DNA from: Octopus sinensis
Taxonomy: Eukaryota
DNA: 64,000 nt
Direction of reading: 5' to 3'
NCBI RefSeq assembly: GCF_006345805.1
Contig: NC_043022.1
Coordinates: 25,296,001 to 25,360,000, forward strand
Made by a program: the position numbers and the translations under genes. Under the pieces are notes generated by a model. The model was not told where the DNA came from, searched no databases, and saw only the letters and a program-made list of their open reading frames with translations. Every line of letters starts with the position of its first letter. The first letter of the stretch is position 1. This document shows, one piece after another, positions 11,161 through 23,287 of this stretch.

Positions 11161-11595
11161 ATTATTATTATTATTATTATTATTATCAATATTATTATCT
11201 TCTAATTAGAAATTATATAATTATAGACCATCATTAAATAACAGACTCATTTAAAATAAATAAGCAATCATAAACAAATATATCTTCGAATTAACGAACT
11301 AACCAATTAACTCATAGAAATTATTGATGATGGCAACCAGTCAACCAGATCAAACCAATCAACTTAGTCAGTTTAGTCAACCGACCGTGATATATTTAGT
11401 CTGCTACATCTATTGGTCAGTCCTAAGTAAACAAGTATTTGGGTAGTCATTTCTGTGCATGTGAGAAAAAGACCAAAACTAACATCAATGAACTTATCTT
11501 CTCTGAGTTATAGAAGCAGTGTGGGAGCACTCATGTAGTTAATCGCTGTGCTAAAATTAGCAGCCAAATCTCCTTCAATTCACGCACCGACTTGG

Positions 11596-12852
11596 GAAAT
11601 GAGCTGGCAGAAACGTTAGTGCGCCGGGAGAAATGCTTAGCAGTATTTCGTCTGCCGTTACGTTCTGGGTTCAAATTCCGCCGAGGTCGACTTTGCCTTT
11701 CATCTTTCCGGGGTCGATTAAATAAGTACCAGTTACGTACTGGGGTCGGTGTAATCGACTTAATCCCTTTGTTTGCCCCCTCTATGTTTAGCTCCTTGTG
11801 GGCAATAAAGAAATAAGAAATGTTAGCACGCCAGGCGAAATGCTTAGCAGTATTTCATCTGCCGTTACGTTCTGAGTTCAAATTCCGCCGAGGTCGACTT
11901 TGCCTTCCATCTTTCCGGGGTCAATTAAATAAGTACCAGTTACGTACTGGGGTTTGGTGTAATCGACTTAATCCCTTTGTCTGTCCCCTCTATGTTTAGC
12001 CCCTTGTGGGCAATAAAGAAATATGAAACAGTGCGGCGGGCGATATGCTTAGCAGTATTTCGTCTGCCGTTACGTTCTGAGTTCAAATTCCGCTGAGGTC
12101 GACTTTGCCTTTCATTCTTTCGGGGTCGATTAAATAAGTACCAGTTACGTACTGGGGTCGGTGTAATCGACTTAATCCCTTTGTCTGTCCCCTCTATGTT
12201 TAGCCCCCTGTGGGCAATAAAGAAATAAGAAATGTTAGCGCGCCGGGCAAAATGCTTAGCAGTATTTCGTCTGCCGTTACGTTCTGAGTTCAAATTCCGG
12301 CAAGGTCGACTTTGCCTTTCATCCTTTCGAGGTCGATAAATTAAGTACCAGTTACGCACTGGAATCGATATAATCAACTTAATCCGTTTATCAGTCCTTG
12401 TTTGTCCTCTCTTGTACTCTCTTGATTTGCTAGAAATAATAGTGGTCTCTTTTGAAACAGGCATCCCCCATGGAGTAAAGAAATAGGTATTTCGTCTGCC
12501 GTTACGTTCTGAGTTCAAATTCTGCCGAGGTCGACTTTGCCTTTCATCCTTTCGAGGTCGATAAATTAAGTACCAGTTACGCATTGGGGTCGATATAATC
12601 AACTTAATCCGTTTATCAGTCCTTGTTTGTCCTCTCTGTGTTTAGCCTCTTGTGGGTAGTAAAGAAATAGGTATTTCGTCTGCCGTTACGTTCTGAGTTC
12701 AAATTCTGCCGAGGTCGACTTTGCCTTTCATCCTTTCGAGGTCGATAAATTAAGTACCAGTTACGCATTGGGGTCGATATAATCAACTTAATCCGTTTAT
12801 CAGTCCTTGTTTGTCCCCTCTGTGTGTAGCCCTTTGTTGGTAGTAAAGAAAT
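11596..12852 (+). mobile_element. Tandem array of about 6 SINE-A units
   Basis: Head-to-tail units tatttcgtctgccgttacgttctgagttcaaattcc...taaagaaata, ~180-220 bp each. Confidence 0.9.
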
Positions 12853-13156
12853 AGAAAAAAAATGGAGGAAACTTTGGAGGCGATAAAAGTGTAAACATGT
12901 AAAACTAAATGAATAAAATAATATTGCAAAATTCCGGGTTTTTTTTTTTGGTGGGGGGTACCCTCTCGTACACACATATTTATAGAGATGCATATAGTCA
13001 TAGGAGTTACTTGACCACGACAGCAATAACAATGAGACAATGACGGAGTCTCTGCGTCTGTTATCCAGCCTACTAGAAATAGTAACCGAATCTCCTCGAA
13101 ACATATCCCTAAAAAGGAAGGATTCAGTTAAAATAACTTTAGAACAAATGTTATAG

Positions 13157-13582
13157 GGATCTTTTCGGTTTGAACGGCAGTTTTTAAAAATAATTTCCAC
13201 GTAACTAAACACTTTTAAACTTCGTATACTGGTAGAATGTGTTTATAAAACATCTTTTTCTCTTGGCTTTATTGAGAAAATTCTATAGTTTGTAAGCTAT
13301 TTGTTGTTGTTTTTTCCTTCAATTTCTGCAATTTCAACCAATCACTGACGTCTATTGAGGTAAAAAAACATTCTGTGCCGTATGAATATGCCCCTCGTTT
13401 AAGAAACAGATTGGGTTTATATACATTTGTGAAGAAAAAAAGATACCCTTCCCCCACATCTAACCCTAACCCTAACCCTAAAACAGAGTGAAATGCAATA
13501 GATCGATACTAGGGTCATAATTATGGGTGACAATTTCATATGACACCGCTAGAAAAAACTGCCGTTCAAACCGAAAAGATCC
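13157..13582 (+). mobile_element. Merlin-like MITE with internal (TAACCC)n
   Basis: TIR ggatcttttcggtttgaacggcagttttt; 8-bp TSD tgttatag. Confidence 0.9.
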
Positions 13583-14082
13583 TGTTATAGTTTCGGCTGG
13601 AATAACTTCCGATAATTAATTATCTCGGTTAATATTGACCCGGGACTAAAAAGCAAGTGCAAGACTAGCCTAACGAGGACGCCTCTCTTGATTTGCTAGA
13701 AATAATAGTGAAGTCTCTTTTGAAACAGGCATCCCCATACAGAAGGATAATGCAGACCTAAATTAACTTGGAATATTTTTGAGCATAGGACTGCTTAATC
13801 AATGCTAACCTAGGGTTAAACGTCAGCAGAAGGAACCTACTTTGAAAATAGGATTATATGGACGACTGTTCTGGCACTGTCAGTCTATATATCGATAGCA
13901 AGGAGATTAATGGCTGCTGTTTCTAGCGGCCGAGTGTCCATTATTAAACAAGACGAAACGAGGGTAATTTTAAGTGGTCTCGGCGCTGGTGGTAACAGGG
14001 ATTTATCTCCCCTCGACTCTAATTTGTACCAAAAAGCCAATATGAGTTTCCTTCATGGTAACTACCACAGAATAGTTTACAC

Positions 14083-14118
<36 letters not shown>

Positions 14119-14917
14119 CCTCTCTTTCTCCCTCATTCTCTCACTCCCTCCGCTTCTCTCTCCCTTCCTATCTCCCCCCTCTCTCTCCTCTCTCTCTCTC
14201 TGATCGGTCGTGTTATTGTTGTTCTTTGCTCCGCAGTGAAAGATTGTTTTCGTGCTGAAAATTGTGAAAATTTGCTGTTTTGATCGTCGAGAGCACTTCT
14301 TTTCTGCTGTTGCAGCAGAGTTTTGCTGTTGTTTCTCCCTTGTTTCAAGGGAGAAGCGCCGAAAAAAATGAATTTGCCACCGAATTCTTCCGAGTCCGAG
14401 GAAAACTTCGACATTTTGTGTGAAGGCATAGAGACGAAAATATGGGAGGAGGAAGGTAAAAGTATAGAGGCGTCGAGCGCGAGCTTTACAAAAGCAGACG
14501 ACAGAATGTCTAGCGAGGCTAAACAAGAGGAAAAGTCAAAAATTAATTTTGGGAGTGAAAACATCGTAATAAACAAGGAAGATTTGAAGAAATTTCAAGG
14601 ACTACGCAAAAAAGAAGGTGATAATGTGATGTTGCTCCCTCCCAGTGAATTAACGCGACGGAGAGAAAAACTTTGACGTACAAGACGTACCATTTGAAAA
14701 ATAGGAAAATTGACTTCTTGCCGAGGGAAGCAATAGAAAAATGCTTGAAGCCGATATGGTAACAAACAAGCTATATAACGAGAGGTAGTCGCTTCGGCAC
14801 TGTAGAGGTGTGTTTCCCTAGCGAAGAAAAAGCCAGGGAACATTCAACAATGACATTGATTGAAGTCGAAAGAAGTAGTTCTCCTGCCGTCTTCAAAAAT
14901 CACGGTCACTGATATAC

Positions 14918-15146
14918 CTATTTCTTTATTACCCACAAGGGGCTACACACAGAGGAGACAAACAAGGACAGACAAACGGATTAAGTCGATTACATCGACC
15001 CCAGTGCGTAACTGGTACTTTATTTATCGACCCCGAAAGGATGAAAGGCAAAGTCGACCTCGGCGGAATTTGAACTCAGAACGTAACGGCAGACGGAATA
15101 CCGCAAAGCATTTCGCCCGATGTGTTAACGATTCTCCCAGCTCACC
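14918..15146 (-). mobile_element. SINE family A
   Basis: Full reverse copy inserted in the ORF1 remnant. Confidence 0.9.
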
Positions 15147-15340
15147 CGACCACCCGAAATAGATGTGACCTGGGTGCTAGCCGCTATTCTCATAGGTAAA
15201 GAAGAAGAAGAAGTTACAATTCTTCAATCTAAGAGATACCACCACATGAACTGGGTTGGACAAGATTTAGAGCTTGTCATCCAAGCAAAGCCCTCAGATT
15301 TAGAAAAAATGCCCAGTTCCCTTACAATTGGAGAAAATAC

Positions 15341-15490
15341 CTATTTCTTTATTACCCACAAGGGGCTAAACATAGAGGAGACAAACAAAGACAGACATAG
15401 GTATTAAGTCGATTACATCGACCCCAGTGCGTAACTGGTACTTAATTTATCGACCCCGAAAGGATGAAAGGTAAAGTCGACCTCGGCGGA
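15341..15490 (-). mobile_element. SINE family A, 5'-truncated
   Basis: TSD aattggagaaaatacc / aattggacaaaatacc. Confidence 0.85.
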
Positions 15491-15801
15491 ATTGGACAAA
15501 ATACCAGCCTGATGGTGGTAGTCGAGGGGAGAAAGCCCAGATGTTACAAATGTGGCGAGAAAGGCCACATAAGGTCGAGCTGTAAGAAGATGACAGCCAA
15601 AGAAAACGCAGCAGAAGAGGCAAGCACGACGCCGAAGACAACGACCACACCGCTAGAAATAGCAGCCACGTCGCGCACACAAATTGCCGAAGTACAGCCG
15701 ACAGTGGAGAAAACAACAACAACAACAACCAGGTGTGGGTCACCGTGGACCCTTCAAAAAGAAGACGGAAACGAAAAAACCCACCCTCTTCGGATACACA
15801 G

Positions 15802-15987
15802 TATTTACATTATTTACATTTGACAGATATTTGTTCTCATCCTGTTTGTTGTTAACACAACGTTTCGGCTGATATACCCTCCAGCCTAAATCAGGTGTCT
15901 CGGAGAAATTTCGAACCTGGGTTTTCATTCTTTAAGTCGTCGTCGTCATCGTCGTTCAGGTCACTGCCTGGAATCGAACTCGGAATC
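15802..15987 (-). mobile_element. tRNA-headed HHR-tailed SINE, truncated copy with mutated core
   Basis: Homologous to 42361-42676; B box gagttcgattcc; gacac CUGAUUU a ggctg..cagcc GAAA cGUU gtgtt. Confidence 0.8.
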
Positions 15988-16150
15988 GCATCAACGCCAG
16001 CTAGTCGTGACTAGTCGACCCTACAACGACCACCTAGCAAAGTAAATAAAACACAAAAAACACGAAGTAAATAATTTTTTAAACAAAGTAAACAACACAC
16101 AAAAACACTGAGTAAGGATCGACTAGTCACGACTAGCTAGCGTGGATGCG
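15988..16150. repeat. Inverted-repeat element
   Basis: gcatcaacgccagctagtcgtgactagtcga / tcgactagtcacgactagctagcgtggatgc. Confidence 0.7.
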
Positions 16151-16206
16151 CGTGTGCGCGCACCGGGACCACTGTTCGCTAGTAGTACCCTTCAAACCTC
16201 TGTAAA

Positions 16207-16431
16207 TATTTCTTTACAAGGGGCTAAACATAGAGTTGACAAACAAGGACAGACAAATGAATTAAGTCGATTACATCGACCCCAGTGCGTATTTGGTACT
16301 TTATTTATCGACCCCGAAAGGATGAAAGGCAAAGTCGACCTTGGCGGAATTTGAACTCAGAACGTAACGACAGGCGAAATACGGATAAGCATTTCGCCCG
16401 GCGTGCTAACGATTCAGCCAGCTCGCCGCCT
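16207..16431 (-). mobile_element. SINE family A
   Basis: Reverse copy ending cagctcgccgcc; flanked by cttcaaacctctgt duplication. Confidence 0.9.
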
Positions 16432-17846
16432 TCTTCAAACCTCTGTATAAGTACACAGTGCACTTTGTCGTTCGTTACTATTTGCTGATGTCACCTTGGG
16501 ATTGACTAATTGGATTTTAGTTTTTGGTCAAAAAAGAAACGTCTTTAAACATTCGCCGACTGTGAACATCAGAAAAATCTTGTGATGTTTTCAAGGTATC
16601 AGTCAAGCGAAGTGCTAAACGACTGTCAGGTAAAAACAAGCGACCAAAGAATTTAATAAACAAATTACCTCCACAGAAAAACCAACCAACTAGCCAACTA
16701 ATCAACCAGACCACTGGATAACTATTAGACAAAAACAAGTGATCAAAAACAAGCGACATCCCCCCAAAGCATTCCATAAGCAAATGGTGTGCTCAGGTAG
16801 TCCCAAGTTTCCACCGGTGAAGCAAACGGCAAACATTTCTTCATACAACGCAACAGAACTTGTGAAATATTTTTGTTGTTAGTTTTGAAAATCTCCATCT
16901 TATTATAACTTATTGCTCTTGAAACCTATTGAATCCTCTCTGATTTTTTTTATTATCCATTAAGGACTATACAAAGAAATGAACAACACAGTCACGGATG
17001 ATACAGAGCAATTTGGAGTCGATTAAATTATTGAATCTTCTCAATCATGTATTGCCGTTTATGACATTTATCAAACATTTGAATACTTTAGGGCTTATTC
17101 GAAATTTGAATTTTCACGAACATTAAGCAATATTTATCTGCGTATTTTAACAATATTTATCTCTCACCGGACAGAGCTTTTTTTTTTTTTTTGCTGATTT
17201 TACCTTAACGAAAAAGTGAACCTTATACTTCAAACATGTTTTGCTACTGAAAATTCATGATCTACACGTGTTTAGCATGAAATGTTTGGCGTAAAATACG
17301 ATAAGTCATTACTCAAAAAATTCAAAAAAAATTCATATATACACACGCTGACATAGAACCAACGTTGAACCTTTATTCGCAATATTACTGAATCTGGAAC
17401 TTAACTATGGTCTGTCTGTAGCACTTATTCAGCATTACCTTTGGGTCTCAATGACACCGTTATCTCTGATAAGTATTTTACTAATTCATACACTATATTA
17501 CGGTTTTATACCACATGGATTACTCTGCTTAGAATATACCTACATCAACGAATAACCTATGTCTCAGGATGCTTCTGGAGGAAATTGAAGACCTATATTT
17601 ATATATAGGGATGGTATTATTAAAATAGCATCACGAGTGGCAAGCGAAGTTGACCAACATCTACTTGTTCTGACCCAGAAGAGGTAAGGTGTTATTATTG
17701 TTCCCTGATATTTTTTCCTAACATGTCTGTAGTAGATTTGTGACTATTCGGTGATACAGAAGTATTTTTGACTTCCATATTTTAGCGATGTAGTTGCTCA
17801 GGTAGTGCCCTTGTGTATATATGTACATATCTAATATTGTATATAA

Positions 17847-18103
17847 GGATCTTTTCCTTTTGAACGGCAGACAATTTCTAGTTAATTAAACACTTTAAAA
17901 CTTCGTATACCGGTAGAATGTGTCAAAATAAAACATTTTTTTCTCTTGGCCTTCTTGAGAAAATTGTAATTTGTTTAACGTAGTTTAATTTTTCGAATTA
18001 TAACCAATCCTATGCTCTCTTTTGAGCTAAAATCATTTGCTGCGTCTAAAACTGAGACAACATCCTGTAACTAACCCTAAACCTCCCCCCTAACCCTAAC
18101 CCT
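17847..18103 (+). mobile_element. Truncated Merlin-like MITE, related subfamily
   Basis: ggatcttttccttttgaacggcag ... taaccctaacccta; right TIR absent. Confidence 0.75.
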
Positions 18104-18261
18104 ATTGTTGTATTTCGGAATGGTCATTTTGCCAGTTTAGCCAATAAAAACACACGCACTATATATTTGGTGTTCCTTTGCTTCAGTGTTATTTATTTTT
18201 TACATTAATCTTTATCTTATTGACAAAACTGGCAAAATGACCATTCCTAAATACAACAATA
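18103..18261. repeat. Inverted-repeat element
   Basis: ttgttgtatttcggaatggtcattttgccagttt / aaactggcaaaatgaccattcctaaatacaacaa. Confidence 0.7.
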
Positions 18262-18300
18262 TCTGTTTCAACACACGATTTCACATAAAAAATCTTGCAA

Positions 18301-18341
<41 letters not shown>

Positions 18342-18934
18342 AAATCCGTTTTGTCTGTCTGTCTTCTAGGATCTCGGGCATCCTCCATCCGATTGTGCTC
18401 AAATTTGATATGTAGATACCGACGGTATCAGGGTGTGTATATAAGTCTTGATAAAATTACAAAAATTCGATTCCAGGTGAGAATGCGATCGATAAAGCCG
18501 TTTTTGTCCTGCTTTTCTTCTGTCAACCTGTACATAACTGCACCTTCCGTTTTTTGTTGTTTTTGTACTGCTTAAAGGCACATTTCTTTCCTGCCTGTTT
18601 AAACCATGTTTGTGTTCTCCCAGTAAACAGCCTTATCATTACTGGTACTTTAAGCTCTTCGGTTGAATATTTGTGTGAATAAAATCGTTTTTCTTTGGAA
18701 TAGAAAAAAGTCTATCTTTATTTCTTCTTTTGCTGGTGTCTCAAATTTAGGTTAAATCAGTGTTTCTCAAAGGGGAGGCCTATGGGACGGTCGGACAAGT
18801 TGTTTTGTGAAAATTTGGTTTAAATGTTTGACAACTCAGCACTGTCCATTGGACGGAGGACATTTTGCTCGTGTATATATATGTGTACATATATATGTAT
18901 AGAGAGAGAGAGAGGAAGGAAGGAAAGACATTTA

Positions 18935-19150
18935 TCTCTCTTTTACTTGTTTCAATCATCTGACTGCGGCCATGTTGGAGCACCGCCTGTAATCGAGCAA
19001 ATCGACCCCCAGGACTTATTCTTTGTGAGCCTAGTACTTATTCTATCGGTGTCTTTTGCCGAATCGCTAAGTTACGGAGACGTAAACACACCAGCATCGG
19101 TTGTCAAGCGATGTTGGGGGAACAAACGCAAACACACACAAACACATATA
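18935..19150 (-). mobile_element. SINE family B (CORE-like), 3' part
   Basis: ttttacttgtttc...gactgcggccatgttggagcaccgcc matches the 3' half of 32098-32500. Confidence 0.85.
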
Positions 19151-19165
19151 GGTTAAACTAAAGCG

Positions 19166-19580
19166 TTAAACCCTGTCAAAATAAAAAAAAATGTGTAATA
19201 GGTGTAAAACAACTTCCTCTAAACGAATATGAAAAAAATGCGCGCACGCGAAAGGGGAGTGGGGGAGAGGCCTCGGAAAATTCACATCGGGAATTTCCGA
19301 AAGCGTCTGAGGGGCTGACCCGGGCACCAAAACAAAATAGAAGTAATGTAATATGTGTAAAACAACTTGCACTAAACGAATATGACAAAAAAAAAAAAAT
19401 GCGCTCTCGTGATAAGGGGTGGGGGAGAGCACTCGGAAAATTCACATCGGGAATTTCCGAAAGCGTCTGACCCGGGCACAAAAACAAAAAAAATTAGTGT
19501 AATAGGTGTAAAACAACTTGCTCTAAACGAATATGACGAAAAAAAAATGCGTGCTCGAGAAAGGGGGTGGAGGAGAGGAC
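19166..19580. repeat. ~152-bp tandem repeat, about 2.7 units
   Basis: tgtaata(g/t)gtgtaaaacaactt recurs at 19194, 19347 and 19498. Confidence 0.85.
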
Positions 19581-19584
19581 TCTA

Positions 19585-20165
19585 GTGGACATGATCTGGG
19601 TATTATTGTAAACAGCAATCTGCATTGGACAAACCACATAGCTAAGATTGTCAAAAAGGCTGAGGGGGTGCTAGCATCACTCAGTAAGACCTTTGTCAGC
19701 CACTCTCCAGCTATCTATTTAAAATTGTATACGACAATGGTATGTCCACACTTGGAATTTGCATCACTAGTCTGGGACCCCTCTCTTGCTCAGCATATAA
19801 ATCTCCTGGAAACTGTTCAGAAATGTTCAACAAAGCGAATACCAGCCGTCAGACATCTACCATACTCTGAACGTCTTGCATTCCTGGGCATTGATACATT
19901 GAAGCCCAGACGTCTGGCAACTGACTTGATTGACACCCACAAGATTATCCACCATATTTCCAACAACAACCTTGGGTACCTTTTTGAATTCCATATGACA
20001 AATACTCACGGACATGCTTATAAAATTAAAAAACAACACAGCACCCATGACTTTCAGTAACAATTTTTCATACTCAGAATTTCAGAAGCATGGAATAAAC
20101 CATCTACATCAGTTGTTAGCTGTCAAGACACTACATCCTTCAAAACTTCCATGTGTCCTGAAATC
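19585..20165 (+). pseudogene. CR1-clade LINE RT C-terminal fragment
   Basis: DLGIIVNSNLHWTNHI...LYTTMVCPHLEFASLVWDP...LETVQ...LPYSERLAFLGIDTLKPRRLATDLI. Confidence 0.85.
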
Positions 20166-20634
20166 CGCCAACAGTACACTTGTTGGCCATTTTTTTTTCT
20201 GAGCACTGTATACAACAATTTCCTTCATCATTATATATGTGTGTGTGTTGACTTTCTTTGCAACATTTTATGGCTGTTAGTCAATGTAATGTCACACACT
20301 CACTTCTGTTCCCACTCAGTGGTACCCTACACAGTGTTCAATATTTGGTGCAAGACTGTCTCTCTTTTCTATCTATTTCTCTGTCCTTCTCCTCTCCCCT
20401 CTATCTACCTATCTGCTGCTTTTCTCTCTTTACTGCCTTCCGTTTCTTCCTCTATCCATCTCTGTCAACTACCTGCTGTCTACCTTTATTCCCTTATTAC
20501 TCTGCACTCTCTCTTTCTTCCTACTTGCTCTTCCCTAACCTTCTCTACTCTCTTTCTTCACTTTTTGGTACCAAACGACAATCCAATTTTTTATCACTCA
20601 TCGTTTTTCTACTTGACCAGTGCATAGGTAAGAC

Positions 20635-20820
20635 ATCATTGTTTAATGTCCATTTTCCATACTGTAATAGGTTGGATGGTTTGACTGGGGCCTGGGAAGC
20701 CAGGAGGCTGCACCATGCTCCAGTCTGATCTGGCAGTATTTTTACAGCTGGATGCCCTTCCTAACGCCAACAACTCTGAGAGTGTAGTGGGTGCTGTTTT
20801 TTACGTGCCACCGGCACAGG
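20635..20820 (-). mobile_element. Family D retroposon fragment
   Basis: Reverse match to 9420-9600. Confidence 0.75.
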
Positions 20821-21164
20821 GGCTACTTTCCTGCCTAGTACTCATTTCAGATCCCCAGTTTATCTTTTCACTTTTCATTCTTTTCTTTCCTTCTAACTTC
20901 CTTCCCTCTACCCCATCTCTCTATCCTTCTCCTGAGCCTTCTCATTGTACCTTTGGAACACAAGCACCACTATTTTCTTCCTTTTTTTTTTTTTAGTTTT
21001 TGTCATGTAGTATCCCACATTTTGAAATACTTGCAATTTGTAATTTTACTGCTTATTTTAGCTCCGCTTGATACATTTCCAAAATTAAACATTTTAATAT
21101 GCAAAATATACTTCACATTATTATATATACTATGCATTAATGCAAAAAATATTGTGTTTATTGG

Positions 21165-21643
21165 CTATCTTCAAAATGATCTCACCATCAATGGAAAATT
21201 TCAATACCAACTTCCTAAGGCAGTTATGAAAGGCTGTCAAGATCAAACACCCAGAAAAACTGATGAATGGGGGTTTTGTTTCATTAGGACAATGCTTCAG
21301 CACACAAGTCCTTGGTTTTAATGGCTGCTGTGTGTGACTGGCTTTGAACTGGTTGATCATCCTCCCTATATTAGTGATTTGCTTCCTTCTGGTTATCATC
21401 TGTTTCCCAACAGAAAAACACTCAGCTGAGAACCAGTATCACTATGATGAGAACATCTTATCTGTTGTTGATGACCATTTTGATCAACAGAAAAGCTTCT
21501 TCACCAGTGCGACCCAAGCACTGCAACTACTAATGGAAGTGTGTGGACAGTAAGAGGAACTATGTTAGAAAATGAACTTCATTTGGTTACATTCCATTGA
21601 GAGTGTCTTGCTCAGATTATGAACATTTCAGCCGACCCTCATA
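21165..21643 (+). pseudogene. Degenerate mariner transposase C-terminal part
   Basis: DNASAH ... ELVDHPPYISDLLPSGYHLFP (YSPDLAPSD relic). Confidence 0.7.
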
Positions 21644-21957
21644 ATAATAAAAATTATTATTATACCTGTATTTGTTTTAATTTTAACATTGGAAAAAATC
21701 CACATTTTTCATAAAAAAATTAGGACCTGAGTTTGCACCCCCTTAACAAATTTTGTTGCTGGGCCACTGTATATATATATATATATATATATACATGTGT
21801 ATATTTACACATGTATTAAATATACGCATGTATTAGAATTTTCTCTGATTTTTCAGATTTTTGTATGCTAGGCTACTGGTTTTAAATTGATATTAATTAA
21901 ATTAATATTCAATTTATCTCCCTCATTATTTATATACATATATGTATGTATGTATAT

Positions 21958-22267
21958 AGGCGCAGGAGTGGCTGCATGGTAAGTAGCTTGTTTACCAACC
22001 ACATGGTTCCGGGTTCAGTCCCACTGCGTGGCACCTTGGGCAAGTGTCTTCTACTATAGCCTCGGGCCGACCAAAGCCTTGTGAGTGGATTTGGTAGACG
22101 GAAACTGAAAGAAGCCCGTCGTATATATGTATATATATGTATGTGCGTGTATGTTTGTGTGTCTGTGTTTGTCCCCCTAGCATTGCTTGACAACCGATGC
22201 TGGTGTGTTTATGTCCCCGTCACTTAGCGGTTCGGCAAAAGAGACCGATAGAATAAGTACTGGGCTT
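21958..22267 (+). mobile_element. SINE family B (tRNA head + CORE-like accttgggcaagtgtctt)
   Basis: A/B-box-like tggctgcatggt...gggttcagtccc, internal (TA/TG)n. Confidence 0.9.
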
Positions 22268-22844
22268 GTTGCGTGTGCGCGTGTTTGCCTTATATATTTA
22301 AAGGCAAACCCTTTCGAATGCTTTTTGGTTTTGTATTCTCATAGTGAAACGAATGATTTTTTTTCTTCCACTCATGTATAGCGACAGAAGACGGGGAAGA
22401 AGGAAGAGGAGAAGGAACAACCATATCGATCTGATTTCTAAAAGATCTCTACATAAATTCCAATATATTTTTTTGTCTTTCTCCAATGTTCAAATGTCTG
22501 CTTCTTTCGTTTATCAATTAATCGATCGCTGAAACAATCAATCGATATTTATTCATTTAGTTATGTTTATCTCTAAGTTGGTGCAGGGGTGTCAGAAATT
22601 GAAAGGTAACCGGATGCAAGGATGTTATTGTTTGTTCTCTCCCCCCACCACCACCAATCAGTCCTGACAGAACAAAAAGAAACAATGGTGAAACCAAATA
22701 CATTCCAACCGTGACAATACTGCCTTATTCCCAGATATATCTAGCATTTTGTTATCCGTTGTCCTTTTGTTTTTAAATAAAAAAATAAGAGTGTTGGGTA
22801 TGAATTGAAGGAGATCTGAGGCTGCCAGTTTCTTACTCAGCGAG

Positions 22845-23287
22845 ACTGCATCAGAACACTAAACTGCATCAGTGCACTAAACTGCATCAGGACAATAAAG
22901 TGCATCAGGGCAGTATATTGCATCAGAACACTATACTGCATCAGTGTACTAAACTGCATCAGGACACTAAAGTGCATCAGGACACTATACTGCATCAGAA
23001 CAATATAATGTATCAGTGCACTAAACTGCATCAGGACAATAAAGTGCATCAGGGTAGTATACTGCATCAGAAAGACTATACCGTATCAGGACACTAAATT
23101 GCATCAGTGCACTAAACTGCATCAGGACAATAAAGTGCATCAGGGCAGTATACTACATCAGAAACACTATATTGCATCAGGGCAGTATACTGCATCAGAA
23201 ACACTATACCGTATTAGGACACTAAACTGCATCATGGTACTAAACTGCATCAGAACAGTGAACTGCATGAAGACACTAAACTGCATT
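22845..23287. repeat. 18-bp minisatellite (~24 units) with 72-bp higher-order pattern
   Basis: actgcatcagNNcactaa units. Confidence 0.95.

Larger units (their letters stand above)
14369..15770 (+). pseudogene. L1/Tx1-type ORF1 (gag-like) remnant with CCHC zinc knuckle, split by two SINEs
   Basis: KITVTDIP|PEIDVTWVLAAILIG...SLTIG|QNTSLMVVVEGRKPRCYKCGEKGHIRSSC. Confidence 0.7.

Noticed and set aside
11940-13212. ORFs with repeated YRPRKDERQSRPRRNLNSERNG
   Set aside because: Antisense translation of SINE-A units
13458-13482. Telomere or fusion relic (TAACCC)n
   Set aside because: Internal part of a MITE present in several copies
16790-17812. Possible DNA transposon bounded by tgctcaggtagt repeats
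   Set aside because: Repeats are direct and short; no transposase motif could be read
21015-21110. Similarity to 23308-23402
   Set aside because: Short AT-rich diverged repeat with no definable ends or class
22845-23287. CRISPR-like repeat/variable pattern
   Set aside because: 18-bp period, no unique spacers, eukaryotic context, no cas genes
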